Below are positions 47,739 through 58,537 of a DNA stretch of 64,000 nucleotides, piece by piece. Source of the stretch: an uncultured Gammaproteobacteria bacterium (GTDB lineage Bacteria; Patescibacteriota; Patescibacteriia; Magasanikbacterales; UBA922); the NCBI GenBank assembly GCA_964566225.1, contig CAZMHV010000004.1, positions 64,248-128,247 of the forward strand, read 5' to 3'. Every line of letters begins with the position of its first letter. Position 1 is the stretch's first letter. The position numbers and the translations under genes are program-made. The notes under the pieces were generated by a model. That model worked only from the letters and a program-made list of their open reading frames with translations, searched no databases and had not been told where the DNA came from.

Positions 47739-50536
47739 AGGTGAACGAGTGTTGTTTCTAAACGATTGAGGGTGTAGGCATTTGTATCAAGTTTTGCAAT
47801 TTCACGGTGCTGCCCAATATATTCTTGAAAGGGAACCATACGAAATCCTTGGTCTTGCTGTAGAATGTGTTGGATTTCTGTTTGAACATCGGTTTCTTTT
47901 CCCATCACAAAGGCGAGGGGCACATTGTCTTTGGCATAATCTTCATGTTCAAAACCAGGACCAAGAATAATATAAGTATAAAATTTTTCTTTTTGTTTGA
48001 CTTCAAGATCTTTTACGATTTTGGCCATTTCGGCTAGTCGATAATACCAGCCATCATTATCGCGAATACTGTCATCAAAATATATACCACCTTTTTTGAG
48101 AATACGCATCATTTCAAGCACAAAACCAACATATTCTTCATCTCGTTTATACACGGTTGATCGTGCTCCAAAAGCAATATCAACAGAATTTGATTGTATT
48201 GATTGTACGGAATCAAAATCTCCAAGAAGCATTCCCTCGGGGTGTGCAGGGACTGCTTCATAACCAGAATGATGACGTAAAAACATTTTGGGTTCAGCAC
48301 AAAATATTTTTTTTATTTCCATGAGTGCTGGATCTGTAAGAGAAATTTTGTTGGTATATTGAACCGTTCCATGACTATCTCGTGTACTTATGGTGGATGG
48401 TACGGTATGGGTGACCAAAAATTCTTGTGCAATTTCTGCAAGAATCAATTTCAGTTCTTCTGGATTTTGGGTGAGTCGTTTAATTCGATCTTCTGCATAG
48501 GTAAAAGTATCTTGTGATGTTTGTCCGTTTGAAATAAGAAGTGTTTTGGCAAGTGCATCACAAAAAATTGATTGTACTGCGGGTGTACATACAAATTCAG
48601 CGGGCAGTCTTTTTTTGAGAGTCTCCCAATCAATACTGTTTTCTATAAAACGAGAAATTGGATAATAGAGTGTATCAGCAAGACCAATATCTATATAATG
48701 TTCCATCACAGGTGACTCTGCTCGTTCTGCTTTACTTTGTCCACTTCCTGGTCCAAGTTCCAAAAGTATTTGTTTGGTGTCAGTTGCTCGGTTTTGTAAG
48801 AGTGAAAGAATATCAAATCCAAAACGGCGTATATACTCTTCATTGCTTCTATCAACTCGCCAGTGAATTTCTGGTATGGGTTTGAGTTGTCCACGTTCTT
48901 GTAGTACACGTAAGTAAATTTCTTTTTTGTGTGGACTCATGTTTGCCAGTTGCAAAGAATATTCTTGTAAATCAATTGTGCCCCTTTCTTGTTGGCGAAG
49001 AATCTCTGCAACAAAAGCATATTCACCTGCCAAAAATTTGTGTTCGAGGGTTTCTCGCTGAATATCTTCGACTTGTTTTTGTATAACAGCACTTTCATCG
49101 TTCCCTCGATCGAGTGCATCTTTGGTACGAAACAAAAATTCTTTTGCGCGCACTGTAAAAGCCGCTGCAAAAGAGTGATCTGTCAAGTGAAGCTCCTTCC
49201 CATGCAGTTGACGCATTTGTTCACCTTGGTAAGCACCAGAGAGTAAAAGTTCATGATACGCATTCAGTAATTTTTTGGCATTTTCCTCGGAAAGAGTTTC
49301 AATCACATCAACCACTTCTTCAACTCCGCTTGGCTCAAATTCCATAATGACACAGAGTTTCAAAAAAGGTTCTTGAAAGGTACGGATATTTTTTTGGATA
49401 ACTGAAAAACGGTCTGTGTTTTTTATTTTTTTCAAAAATGTATAGAGCCAAAATTGTTCATGAAGGGTAAGAAAATTTGGGACAATTCCGCATTCTTGTA
49501 AAATTTTATGTTGAAAAAATTTTTGATGATATTCGGTTAAAAAGGTTTCTTTGGTAATTTCAAATTCAGTGGTACGGTCAGATTTTTTCATTACCAAATC
49601 TTCGGCTGTTATTTCCATTATTTCTGATTCAAATTCGTGTTCACTCGAAAATCTGCCACAGTAAATGTAGCCTACCAGGGCACCTTGTTCATCGAGGAGG
49701 CCTAGCTTTCCATCTGGAGTAAGACGAACTGCTTTTACGGCATCTGTTTGTCCCTGCAAAACATATTTTTGTCCAAGATATTCAAGTTTTTGTTTATCAA
49801 TCGGGATCACTCTGTCTTCGAGAAGGTAGAGAATTCGTGCATAGGACATTTCAAGTCCTGGGTGAGTATTGGTGCGTATTCTCTCGAGTAACTCTTGGGC
49901 AGATTCGGTAGCACCAATTTTTTTGAGTACATTGGTGACTTGAGCTGTAACAAATTCTGGAACAACATGTTCAAATGCTTCGAGTAACAGTGGAATATCT
50001 TTGGACTGTAATTCTACATTTTGTGCAATATCCCACATTTTGGAAAGGTCGTATTGTGCTGCAACCGAAGTAAATGAAAAACGACTATTTTTTTCTGCTT
50101 CTCCCCATTCAGATTCTGTTTCGGGGTCACGTTCTATGAAAGTTTTTTCTGTTGTTGTTTGGTTTTCCAAATCAGAGCCATATTCTTCTTGCACCTCTGT
50201 GTCTATACACCCATACGTTTTTTTGAGTAAAAAAAGATAGCATTCACGTTTTTGTGATTCAGAAATGGATGCAATGTTTTTTGAAAAAGATTCAATGAGT
50301 GATCTCAGAAGAACATTTTCATCATTGTATCCTTCGTCACTTCCGTCATAATTAAATTCGTCTTCAAAGTTTGGGTCTTTTCGTGCTTTTTGTATGATAC
50401 TTGGATACTCTTGAAGGTACTGTTCGATTTTTTGGATTGCCTCAGTATCCCAAATCAAATGTTTCACAAACGTTTGTGCCGGGTGAACAATTTTGGGAAC
50501 TTCACTTTTTGGTTGCACTTCGTTAAATTCTTTCAT
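47714..50536 (-). CDS. Large hypothetical protein with C-terminal class I methyltransferase-like motifs
   Basis: 940 aa; LELGPGSG and RILKKGGIYF. Confidence 0.7.
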   Translation of the reverse strand: MKEFNEVQPKSEVPKIVHPAQTFVKHLIWDTEAIQKIEQYLQEYPSIIQKARKDPNFEDEFNYDGSDEGYNDENVLLRSLIESFSKNIASISESQKRECYLFLLKKTYGCIDTEVQEEYGSDLENQTTTEKTFIERDPETESEWGEAEKNSRFSFTSVAAQYDLSKMWDIAQNVELQSKDIPLLLEAFEHVVPEFVTAQVTNVLKKIGATESAQELLERIRTNTHPGLEMSYARILYLLEDRVIPIDKQKLEYLGQKYVLQGQTDAVKAVRLTPDGKLGLLDEQGALVGYIYCGRFSSEHEFESEIMEITAEDLVMKKSDRTTEFEITKETFLTEYHQKFFQHKILQECGIVPNFLTLHEQFWLYTFLKKIKNTDRFSVIQKNIRTFQEPFLKLCVIMEFEPSGVEEVVDVIETLSEENAKKLLNAYHELLLSGAYQGEQMRQLHGKELHLTDHSFAAAFTVRAKEFLFRTKDALDRGNDESAVIQKQVEDIQRETLEHKFLAGEYAFVAEILRQQERGTIDLQEYSLQLANMSPHKKEIYLRVLQERGQLKPIPEIHWRVDRSNEEYIRRFGFDILSLLQNRATDTKQILLELGPGSGQSKAERAESPVMEHYIDIGLADTLYYPISRFIENSIDWETLKKRLPAEFVCTPAVQSIFCDALAKTLLISNGQTSQDTFTYAEDRIKRLTQNPEELKLILAEIAQEFLVTHTVPSTISTRDSHGTVQYTNKISLTDPALMEIKKIFCAEPKMFLRHHSGYEAVPAHPEGMLLGDFDSVQSIQSNSVDIAFGARSTVYKRDEEYVGFVLEMMRILKKGGIYFDDSIRDNDGWYYRLAEMAKIVKDLEVKQKEKFYTYIILGPGFEHEDYAKDNVPLAFVMGKETDVQTEIQHILQQDQGFRMVPFQEYIGQHREIAKLDTNAYTLNRLETTLVHLQETEAGA

Positions 50537-50643
50537 AAAAAAGACAAAAGTATACTGTCTAGTATATGAGAAAAATGGTGCACTGTCAAAGTAAAATAAA
50601 AAGATTCATTGTGATAATGAATCTTTTTAAAATATTTTTTTTC

Positions 50644-52104
50644 CTATACAAACCTCGTCAAATCCAGTTCATCAAGATGCGTAATTTGTTCTACAAAATC
50701 TGGAACGTGACTCACGAGGATAATTGCTCCTTCATAGTTTTCAATCGCGCGAGCAATCACAGGAAGGTGGCGAAAGTTAATGTGGTTGGTAGGTTCATCG
50801 AGAATCAAGAGGCCTGGTTTTTGGAGCATGAACTGTGCGTAGCAGAGGAGTCCTTTTTGACCTTCAGAAAGTGAACCAACTGGATTGCGCAGTGTTTGCG
50901 AATCCAAAAGCATTTGTGCACCAGTGCGATAAATTACTTCGTTGTCAGGCACACTCATCATGCGTTTTAAAGCTTCGAACGCGGTTTCGTTTTCATCAAA
51001 GCCAGAAAAATCTTGGCGGTAGTAGCCTACGGCAATGCCCGGAGTAATTTGTACACCAGGTTCTTCACTGAGCGCGAGGGCGTGGAGCAGTGTACTTTTA
51101 CCAATTCCGTTTGGTCCTTTGATAATAAGGCGGTGTCCTTTGCGAAGTGTAATATTGACGTCTTGTTCTACTGGCACATGGTTTTTGAGCAAATGAATTT
51201 TGGTCATGCTCACTACCACGTCCGAAGTCAGCTGCGCTGGAATATCAAAATCACGAATAGTTTTATCATCTTGTTTCACATCTACCATGTTTTCTTCATC
51301 CTCGGCAACTTCTTCTTTGAGTTTACTCGCGAGTTTACGCATCTTTCCACCCTTGTGTGCAAAAAAGTTTACCTTGTCTTTACGGTCTTGAATATTTTTG
51401 AGGAGCTGTGCATTTTTGCGCTCTTCACGTTCTACTTGCGCAGCAATTTCTTCTACTACGTCTGTATAGTTTCCTACATATTGATTTACTTTTTTGGTGT
51501 ACACATCAAGGTGCAACACGCCATCAGTAAATGAATTCAAAAATGCAGCATCGTGAGAAATTACGAGCACAGTTTTGTCGTACATGATGAGGAACATGGT
51601 GAGCTGATCGATTCCTTCTTGATCAAGATTGTTGGTTGGTTCGTCGAGGAGGAGTATGTCGGGATTTTGAATGAGTCCGTATGCCAGGAGCAGACGTGCT
51701 TGTTGTCCACCCGAGAGTTGACGGATTTTTTTATCAAGAGGAATTTCGTAGTTGATGCGTTGCAGTGTGTCGTAAATACGTTTGTCGAGGTTACCTGGAA
51801 CATCTTCGCCAAATGCACTCGCAAAAAATTCGCGTACCGTGTGATCAAAGTGTGCTTTTGGCATTACTTGCGGTGCAAGCGCAACAGTAGCATTGTTGGT
51901 GAAAGAAATGCGGCCTTTTTGGGGGGTGAGTGCACCAGTGAGAAGTTTGAAAATAGTACTTTTTCCTGCACCATTTTGTCCCATGATGGTGATTTTGGCA
52001 TTTTCGCGAACAGAAAAAGAAGCTTCATCAAGTTGAAGTTTGTCGTCACTGTAGCCGAATGTGACAGAGTCAAAGCGGAGAATACCGATGTTTTGGTTGG
52101 CCAT
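50644..52104 (-). CDS. ABC-F family ATPase
   Basis: Two ABC domains (GQNGAGKST/LSGGQ; GPNGIGKST/LSEGQ), no TM helices. Confidence 0.92.
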   Translation of the reverse strand: MANQNIGILRFDSVTFGYSDDKLQLDEASFSVRENAKITIMGQNGAGKSTIFKLLTGALTPQKGRISFTNNATVALAPQVMPKAHFDHTVREFFASAFGEDVPGNLDKRIYDTLQRINYEIPLDKKIRQLSGGQQARLLLAYGLIQNPDILLLDEPTNNLDQEGIDQLTMFLIMYDKTVLVISHDAAFLNSFTDGVLHLDVYTKKVNQYVGNYTDVVEEIAAQVEREERKNAQLLKNIQDRKDKVNFFAHKGGKMRKLASKLKEEVAEDEENMVDVKQDDKTIRDFDIPAQLTSDVVVSMTKIHLLKNHVPVEQDVNITLRKGHRLIIKGPNGIGKSTLLHALALSEEPGVQITPGIAVGYYRQDFSGFDENETAFEALKRMMSVPDNEVIYRTGAQMLLDSQTLRNPVGSLSEGQKGLLCYAQFMLQKPGLLILDEPTNHINFRHLPVIARAIENYEGAIILVSHVPDFVEQITHLDELDLTRFV

Positions 52105-52207
52105 AGAAGTGTTTTAAGCAGGCTCTAAAATAACGTATTTTTAAGGTTTTGTCAACTTTGTTACCATATAAAAACAAAAAACCCAGTTTGGGGTTTTTTG
52201 TATATGT

Positions 52208-53626
52208 TTATCTATATTTTGTCTGTCCACCAAACCGATTTGGACGGCGGTCATTTTTGCGGCGGTGCACTGGTTGTCCTGCTGGGGCAGCATTTGGTGG
52301 CGCGGTATTGATGCGTCCACTTGGGCGTCTTTCTGCAGATTGACCTTCAGCACGAGCTTGTCCAAATCCACCTTGACGGTGCTGCGGTCTGCCACCACTT
52401 GGAGAACTTCTACGAAATGGATTGTTGGCACTGTGTTGTGCTGGATTTCGGCCACCCTGTGCAGGCGGAGTATGTGCCACTATGCGTGGTGGAGGAAGTT
52501 CTGGCAGAGCAGAAACTTGAATAGTTTTGCGAATCAATTTTTCAATATTTTTTACATCACTTTTTTGGTCTGGAGTAGCAAATGAAATCGCTTTTCCTGT
52601 GGTGCCAGCACGACCAGTTCGACCAATACGATGAACATAATCTTCAGTTTGATCTGGTAAGTCGTAGTTAATCACGAGTTCAATATTCTTCACATCAATT
52701 CCACGAGCCGCAATATCTGTGGCTACGAGTACACGATACTTTCCAGATTTAAATCCGTCGAGCGCTTTGATACGTTGCGCCAAAGATTTGTTGGAATGAA
52801 TTTCTGCTGATTGATGCCCCATGCCCATGAGTGCTTTGCAAATTTTTTTGGCACCATGTTTGGTACGAGAAAACACGAGCACCGTTCCATGATACTGCGT
52901 GAGAATTTTTTCAAGCAGCTGTGTTTTACTTTCTTTGCGCACAAAGAAAAATTCTTGTTCTACTTTTTCGGCCGAAGTTCCTTGTGGTGCGACTTCAATA
53001 CGAATTGGCGCATTCATGTGTTGGCTCGCAATTTTCATAATTTCTGCAGGCATGGTGGCAGAAAAGAGAAGTGTTTGTCTTTCTTTGGGAAGTACGCGAA
53101 AAATTTTATTGAGCTGTGGCAAAAAGCCCATGTCAAACATGCGGTCAGCTTCGTCGAGTACCAATACTTTTACGGCACTCAGGTTCACGGTTTTTTGATC
53201 GAGGTGATCTACCAGACGTCCTGGAGTTGCAATAATCACATGTGGATTGGCTTGCAGCGCACGAACTTGTTTGCTCACATTTTCACCACCAATAAGAACA
53301 ACGGTACGAAGTCCAAGTGGCTTACCGATTTTTTCGAGCGTTTCGTTTACCTGTAATGCAAGTTCACGTGTTGGCAAAATAACCAGACCACGGCCCTTGT
53401 GAATGCCCAGGCGTTGAATCATGGGGATACCAAAAGCCAAGGTTTTGCCAGTTCCAGTCTGTGCAATACCCACAATATCTACGCCAGTAATGGCAGCAGG
53501 GATAGATTGGTGTTGAATGGGCGTTGGTTTGTCGAACTTATTGCGTTCGAGAATGGTGAGGATACTTTGGGCAATGCCAAGTTCCTTGAAGGTCGCGGAC
53601 AAAGCCGCTGACGGTGTTGGTGTCAT
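52208..53626 (-). CDS. DEAD-box RNA helicase (RhlE-like)
   Basis: AQTGTGKT, PTRELA, DEAD, SAT and HRIGRTGRAG. Confidence 0.96.
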   Translation of the reverse strand: MTPTPSAALSATFKELGIAQSILTILERNKFDKPTPIQHQSIPAAITGVDIVGIAQTGTGKTLAFGIPMIQRLGIHKGRGLVILPTRELALQVNETLEKIGKPLGLRTVVLIGGENVSKQVRALQANPHVIIATPGRLVDHLDQKTVNLSAVKVLVLDEADRMFDMGFLPQLNKIFRVLPKERQTLLFSATMPAEIMKIASQHMNAPIRIEVAPQGTSAEKVEQEFFFVRKESKTQLLEKILTQYHGTVLVFSRTKHGAKKICKALMGMGHQSAEIHSNKSLAQRIKALDGFKSGKYRVLVATDIAARGIDVKNIELVINYDLPDQTEDYVHRIGRTGRAGTTGKAISFATPDQKSDVKNIEKLIRKTIQVSALPELPPPRIVAHTPPAQGGRNPAQHSANNPFRRSSPSGGRPQHRQGGFGQARAEGQSAERRPSGRINTAPPNAAPAGQPVHRRKNDRRPNRFGGQTKYR

Positions 53627-53770
53627 AATAAAAAAATGTGACCCGCTTTCCTGCTAGGCCACATTGAAGACACTGAAGAGGTACGAGTCTATTGTGCTTG
53701 CGATTAAGGCACAATAAATAATAATATGCTAAGTATAGCACAAAAACAGTATTTTGTCAAGTTTGACACC

Positions 53771-54187
53771 TTATTTGGCTTGTTTATTGAAGTTATAGAG
53801 GGTGCCCAAAATAAACAGGGCAGCAACCATATGCATGAGTATAAGGCCAATTTTGGCAGAGTTTTCGATGGGTAAATCAAGGGGTGCTCCAAAAGAAAAA
53901 ATGAGTAATCCAAGAGAAATTACAAAAAAACTGCGGACGCTTCGTGGAGAAAGTTTGCGGGCAAAGGCAAAAGAAATTCCTGCTACCAAGGCTGGGGCAA
54001 TGCTCGCCAATAATACTCGTCCGAGTGTGAGAGGTGCCAGTGAATCAGGCGATGTCGTAGTAGGGACTGAGATTTTGATACCAAGAAGAAGCAAAAAGTA
54101 AAATAAGAGGAGATTGGCAAGGCCTGCCATGAGTGCAGCGAGGAGGGTCGTATAAAACAAATCAACTTTGGGAAGTTTATGGAACAT
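53771..54187 (-). CDS. Four-TM membrane protein
   Basis: Hydrophobic helices; LILMHMVAA near C terminus. Confidence 0.75.
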   Translation of the reverse strand: MFHKLPKVDLFYTTLLAALMAGLANLLLFYFLLLLGIKISVPTTTSPDSLAPLTLGRVLLASIAPALVAGISFAFARKLSPRSVRSFFVISLGLLIFSFGAPLDLPIENSAKIGLILMHMVAALFILGTLYNFNKQAK

Positions 54188-54391
54188 AGTTTTTTCACTT
54201 ATATGTATAAACGGGTGATTCAAGTTTTTTCTATTATACAGTATCTTTTACTCAATTGACAAAATAGAGAATTATTTTGAATAAAAAAAATCCTCTTGGA
54301 GAGGGTGAGTTTGTAGAGTAGGCGACGGGTTGAGAGGGTGCCCGAGAACGCCGAAGCGTCACATCAGAGCACCCTCTTGCCATCTTGGGAG

Positions 54392-55096
54392 TCAGTCGAG
54401 CTGAGCCGACCACGTCCCAAAGTATGGACTTTGTGGGTCATCGACGACCGGATCGTCTTGCGGCGGTCCTTCGTCGATGCTGTGGGTACAGGTTCCCGGC
54501 GGGAGTACGCCCCATGCCAGGGCGTCATTTACCACCAGGGTTACCTCACACTCTGCACCCTCGTTGGCGGGGTACCACATGCCGAGGAAAATCTCTTGGC
54601 TCTGTGGATCCACGTACTCCCCCAAAGCGCCCACACTGTGGTGCTTTTGGGTCTGACACTGAACCCAGAGGTGCAGTGAGGAAACATCGCCCTCGAGGGG
54701 GGTGTTTCCTCTCTGCCAGTGGAACACCACTCGCGAGAGTTGCACCTCGGGGATCGGTGAGGCTGCCGCGTCAGGGAGGGGTACGTCCTCGGTCGCATCC
54801 GGAGCTGCGTCCGGGGGGGTGGGGAAGTAGGCATCCGGGATACCCACGTCCGCGACCTGTTCGGCCATGTCCGGCTGGGCCGCCGCGTCAACCACGGGGT
54901 GAACGTCTGCGGGGGTGGCGTCGATGACCGCGTCCACCTCCGCATCCTCGACCAGTCGGACCATGTCCGGGTCGGCGTCTGCCGTGGTGAAGGCCGGGCC
55001 TCCCGCGGACTCGGCGATCTTGCCCGACAACACGGTCGGGTCGCAGCCGAGGAGGATGCCGACGACGAAGAAAACACCAAAAATCTTGATTCCCAT
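54392..55096 (-). CDS. Predicted lipoprotein with Asp/Ala/Pro-rich linker (GC-rich class)
   Basis: AGGAG SD; MGIKIFGVFFVVGILLGC lipobox; DA/PDA repeats. Confidence 0.75.
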   Translation of the reverse strand: MGIKIFGVFFVVGILLGCDPTVLSGKIAESAGGPAFTTADADPDMVRLVEDAEVDAVIDATPADVHPVVDAAAQPDMAEQVADVGIPDAYFPTPPDAAPDATEDVPLPDAAASPIPEVQLSRVVFHWQRGNTPLEGDVSSLHLWVQCQTQKHHSVGALGEYVDPQSQEIFLGMWYPANEGAECEVTLVVNDALAWGVLPPGTCTHSIDEGPPQDDPVVDDPQSPYFGTWSAQLD

Positions 55097-55237
55097 TGGG
55101 GATCTCCTGGGGGGGTGCGGGGTTATATATACCGCATGTAGGGGCAAAATTGCCCAGTGTAGAGGGGGATTTCCTCTTTCAAAAGTAAGAAATATCTTTC
55201 TTTTGAAACAAAAAATACCCAAAATAATGAACAGGAG

Positions 55238-55266
55238 AGAATATACCAAATAGGACGTTTTGTCAA
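55238..55266 (-). promoter_or_regulatory. sigma70-type promoter for the lipoprotein gene
   Basis: TTGACA-N17-TATTCT on the minus strand. Confidence 0.65.
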
Positions 55267-55347
55267 GGGGGTTATTACACAAATAAAAAAAGAGTCCTGT
55301 TGCAAGGACTTTTTGTTTTTATGAGTTGGATATTTGGGGAGTCTACT

Positions 55348-55686
55348 TTAGTGTTGAACAGATCTTCGTTTAAGTGAAAAGTATACCCCAATCATCATGA
55401 TGCAGATTCCAACTGCTTGATACAATGAAATTGTTTGTTTGTAAAAAAATAAAAGAGTGAGCAGTGTAAAGAGTGGAAATGTACTTGAAAGTGAAATTGC
55501 TTTGGAAATATCGAGTCGTCGCAGTCCTTCGTACCAGAGTATTTTGCTCATGGTTAAAAGTACGATGCCATTGCCAGAAATATTTGGATTTATGGTGACG
55601 AGTTTTGAATATAGTGAACTTATGAAGGCTATGTGGCAAACATTGTGGGATGTGTCGAAACCGTTGTAAAATGAAAAAACACTCAA
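55348..55686 (-). pseudogene. C-terminal fragment of an EamA/DMT transporter
   Basis: LWYEGLRRLDISKA…PLFTLL…GICIMMIGV resembles the last DMT helices; N-terminal part missing. Confidence 0.55.
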
Positions 55687-55687
55687 G

Positions 55688-56986
55688 TTATGAGTGTTTT
55701 TTTATTTTGCCTGTATCCCCATCAATAAAAATGTGATCACCAGTTTGTATCTCATCATTCGGACTAAAGTTCACTACCACTGGAATTCCATGTTCACGCG
55801 CCACAATGGCAATATGTGAAAGCACGCCTCCTTGTGCAGAAACAATTCCTTTTATTTTGTGAAAGTACTGTGTAAGACCTGGTGAGAGAATTTCACTGTA
55901 GAGAATAATATTTTGATCAGCAGTATACTGTAGTATACTTTTTTCATCCGCGAGAATTCCAGATGCTTTTCCAGAGGAAACACCCGCAAGTTTGCGAGGA
56001 GCTGATTGTATTTTTCCACCTGTGAATTTTTCTGTTGGATCAAAGTAAAGTTTTTTTCGGGGGAGTACCATGGCTTCGGTTACCTTGCCTTTCAATATTT
56101 CTTCAAGAGTACAAAAATAAATATTTTTTGGATTAGAAAATTCATTCGTATTAGCAATTTTGAGAAGAATTGTTCTGAGTCCATTTATTTTTTTGACAAT
56201 AAGTACACGACTATATTCACGCAGACGATTATATATAATTGCTTGGGAGAAAATTGGTTGAAAATATTTTTGTTTCCAGTCTGGAAGTTTTTCCCACCAT
56301 TGCTTAACAGTCTCATCAATTTCATGAGGAGTAAAATTGAGATGCATAAACTTCGTTTCATCCGAAATTTCAATAGAGTTTCCTTGGAAATTTTGAAAAG
56401 AGAAATCAATAGCAAAATGTGTCATTGACGGGACAAACAAGCTAGCGTTTTTGAGAATCTCAGGAGTTTGTATACTTTCTTTTTTGAGTGTAAATTCTAA
56501 TTTTTTGAAAGTAACTCCACAGAGCAAATTAGTTTCAAAAATTACTTGGTACTCTTGTAAAAAGTTTTCCAAAAAGTCTGAAAGGGTACTGGCAGATTCA
56601 TTTTTTTGTAATTCTTTTTTGAGTCTTACAAAAATTTGTTCAAAGTTTTTAACAGGAAGAGTTTGAAGTGCAAAAATATTTTTGAGAGTGGTAAAAAGTC
56701 CGCTCACACTACTCAATTTTGGAACAGAGCTAAGAGAAGAAGGATATCTATATGAAGGCAAAAGCGAGTGGAGTTCTTTTTGTTTTTCCACCACCAGTTC
56801 ATTTCCAATTACTTTCAAAAAATGTGTATCATGATACTTTACGCCATACTTTTTATACACATTTTGTACTGGTCCGCCCTCACTATATATCTGTTCGAGC
56901 AAACCAAATGTTACCGGAGTTGGCTGTGGCGCCATTTCACTTATATCAGTTTTGGCAAAAAATTCATTACTCACATTAGTTTCCAT
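55688..56986 (-). CDS. Protein with C-terminal PEP-utilising phospho-His swivel domain
   Basis: GVSSG…GGVLSHIAIVAREHGIPVV…IDGDTG. Confidence 0.8.
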   Translation of the reverse strand: METNVSNEFFAKTDISEMAPQPTPVTFGLLEQIYSEGGPVQNVYKKYGVKYHDTHFLKVIGNELVVEKQKELHSLLPSYRYPSSLSSVPKLSSVSGLFTTLKNIFALQTLPVKNFEQIFVRLKKELQKNESASTLSDFLENFLQEYQVIFETNLLCGVTFKKLEFTLKKESIQTPEILKNASLFVPSMTHFAIDFSFQNFQGNSIEISDETKFMHLNFTPHEIDETVKQWWEKLPDWKQKYFQPIFSQAIIYNRLREYSRVLIVKKINGLRTILLKIANTNEFSNPKNIYFCTLEEILKGKVTEAMVLPRKKLYFDPTEKFTGGKIQSAPRKLAGVSSGKASGILADEKSILQYTADQNIILYSEILSPGLTQYFHKIKGIVSAQGGVLSHIAIVAREHGIPVVVNFSPNDEIQTGDHIFIDGDTGKIKKHS

Positions 56987-58109
56987 AGTCCCAAGGAGTA
57001 TTGTATCTTCCGAGAAAAGTGTAGCCACGTTTTTCCAGTTCCACTCCGGTGAGTTTCGCATCAAAGCAATTTACATAGCCATCACATATTGTAATTACAG
57101 TACTTCCCTTTGGCACCTGCGCAAAGGTAGATTCGAGTTTTGAAGTTGGGGTATAAAAGATGGGAATATTGAAAGAGTTTTTTATATGTGATTTTGCAAA
57201 GCGTTCTGGTTCTCGCGAGTCAACCAAAACCACTCCTTGTTTGACGTTGGCTTTGACTTCTGGTGTGGTCAAAACTTTTTGAAATTTGAGATCAGTATAT
57301 TTTTGAGTAAATTTAATATTGCCTTGCCACGTGCCACCAAAGTCATACCAGCCACTGGCACCGTGTTCTAGGTACACACTCACAATATTTTTGGTTCGTA
57401 AAAATTCAGCTACTTCTTTGCCTCGAATACCTGACCAACAAAATATATATGCGATTTTATCTTTTGCGAGTTCTTGCCATCTTCCATCTTTGAGATCAGC
57501 ATAACGAATATGAAGAGACCCAGGGAAATGGCCATTTTCAAATTCAATATCTTCACGAGCATCGACAATAACGAAGTTTTTTTCTTGTTGGTTCAAAACG
57601 TTTTTGAAGGCTTCATTGGTAATACTGAGATTCAACGATTTATTTTTTTCAAAAAACTGAGTGTCAAGAGGAGTAGATGGAGTATTTTCAATGGGAAGAG
57701 TGGATGTTACAGATACTTCTTGGAGTATAGTTGGTATTGGTTCTGAAACAGGTTTTTCAGCTTGTATTTTTTGTTCGAGCTCAGCATAGGCTTTACTTTC
57801 CATTAACCATTTTTGATATTCAGTCTTTTGTTTGAGCTCTGCAAAAAAATAAGAAATAGCAAAGGCAAGAGTAATAATTAAAAGCCCAATAGAAAAAAGA
57901 AACGCTCGTCGATGTTTCAACACAGCAATCTTAGTTTGTAAAAATTCATAACACAAACCAAAAGTTGCCGAGAAAAAAAGCATCACAGCCGAAAAAAATT
58001 GCATTACTTGTGCTCCAATATTAAAAATAAAATCAGGAGGGATAACCGCCTGAGTTGGGGATGGTATAATAATTAGAAATAAAAGTATGAGCCACGATAA
58101 CTTTTTCAT
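56976..58109 (-). CDS. Membrane-anchored protein with two rhodanese domains
   Basis: VDARE…GHFPGS…FCWSGIR and VDSRE…SHIKNS. Confidence 0.8.
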   Translation of the reverse strand: MKKLSWLILLFLIIIPSPTQAVIPPDFIFNIGAQVMQFFSAVMLFFSATFGLCYEFLQTKIAVLKHRRAFLFSIGLLIITLAFAISYFFAELKQKTEYQKWLMESKAYAELEQKIQAEKPVSEPIPTILQEVSVTSTLPIENTPSTPLDTQFFEKNKSLNLSITNEAFKNVLNQQEKNFVIVDAREDIEFENGHFPGSLHIRYADLKDGRWQELAKDKIAYIFCWSGIRGKEVAEFLRTKNIVSVYLEHGASGWYDFGGTWQGNIKFTQKYTDLKFQKVLTTPEVKANVKQGVVLVDSREPERFAKSHIKNSFNIPIFYTPTSKLESTFAQVPKGSTVITICDGYVNCFDAKLTGVELEKRGYTFLGRYNTPWDYGN

Positions 58110-58135
58110 ACGTCAGGTCCTTCTTTTTTTATATA

Positions 58136-58531
58136 TCACACAAAAAACTTTTTCACAATAAACACTGTAATGCCACCCACCAGTGAAGTCACTACCATTC
58201 CCCACAGCAAATCTACTACGGTCACAATCACTGGCCACTTTGCAACAGTGGCTTGGTTGGTCAGGTCATAGGCTCCATAGGCAACCAGTCCAAGTAGGGC
58301 TCCCCGAAGCAGGGCTTCAGGTACAGATTTGTGTTCAAGCGCAGGCTGCACGACAAAAAATAAAATACCAATTGCGTAGAGTGGATAAAAAAGAAGAATA
58401 GGCCAGTACGTAACATTTTCGGCAAACAAATATCCCAAATATTTTTTATAAAAAGATTTGGCAATGGTGGTGAGCCATATGGCATCACACAGGGCAAGCG
58501 TAAAAAGTGTGACGAGATAGTGCTTGAACAT
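58136..58531 (-). CDS. DUF2177-like membrane protein
   Basis: DAIWL and YGAYDLTNQAT…W…DLLWG. Confidence 0.85.
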   Translation of the reverse strand: MFKHYLVTLFTLALCDAIWLTTIAKSFYKKYLGYLFAENVTYWPILLFYPLYAIGILFFVVQPALEHKSVPEALLRGALLGLVAYGAYDLTNQATVAKWPVIVTVVDLLWGMVVTSLVGGITVFIVKKFFV

Positions 58532-58537
58532 AGAAAA

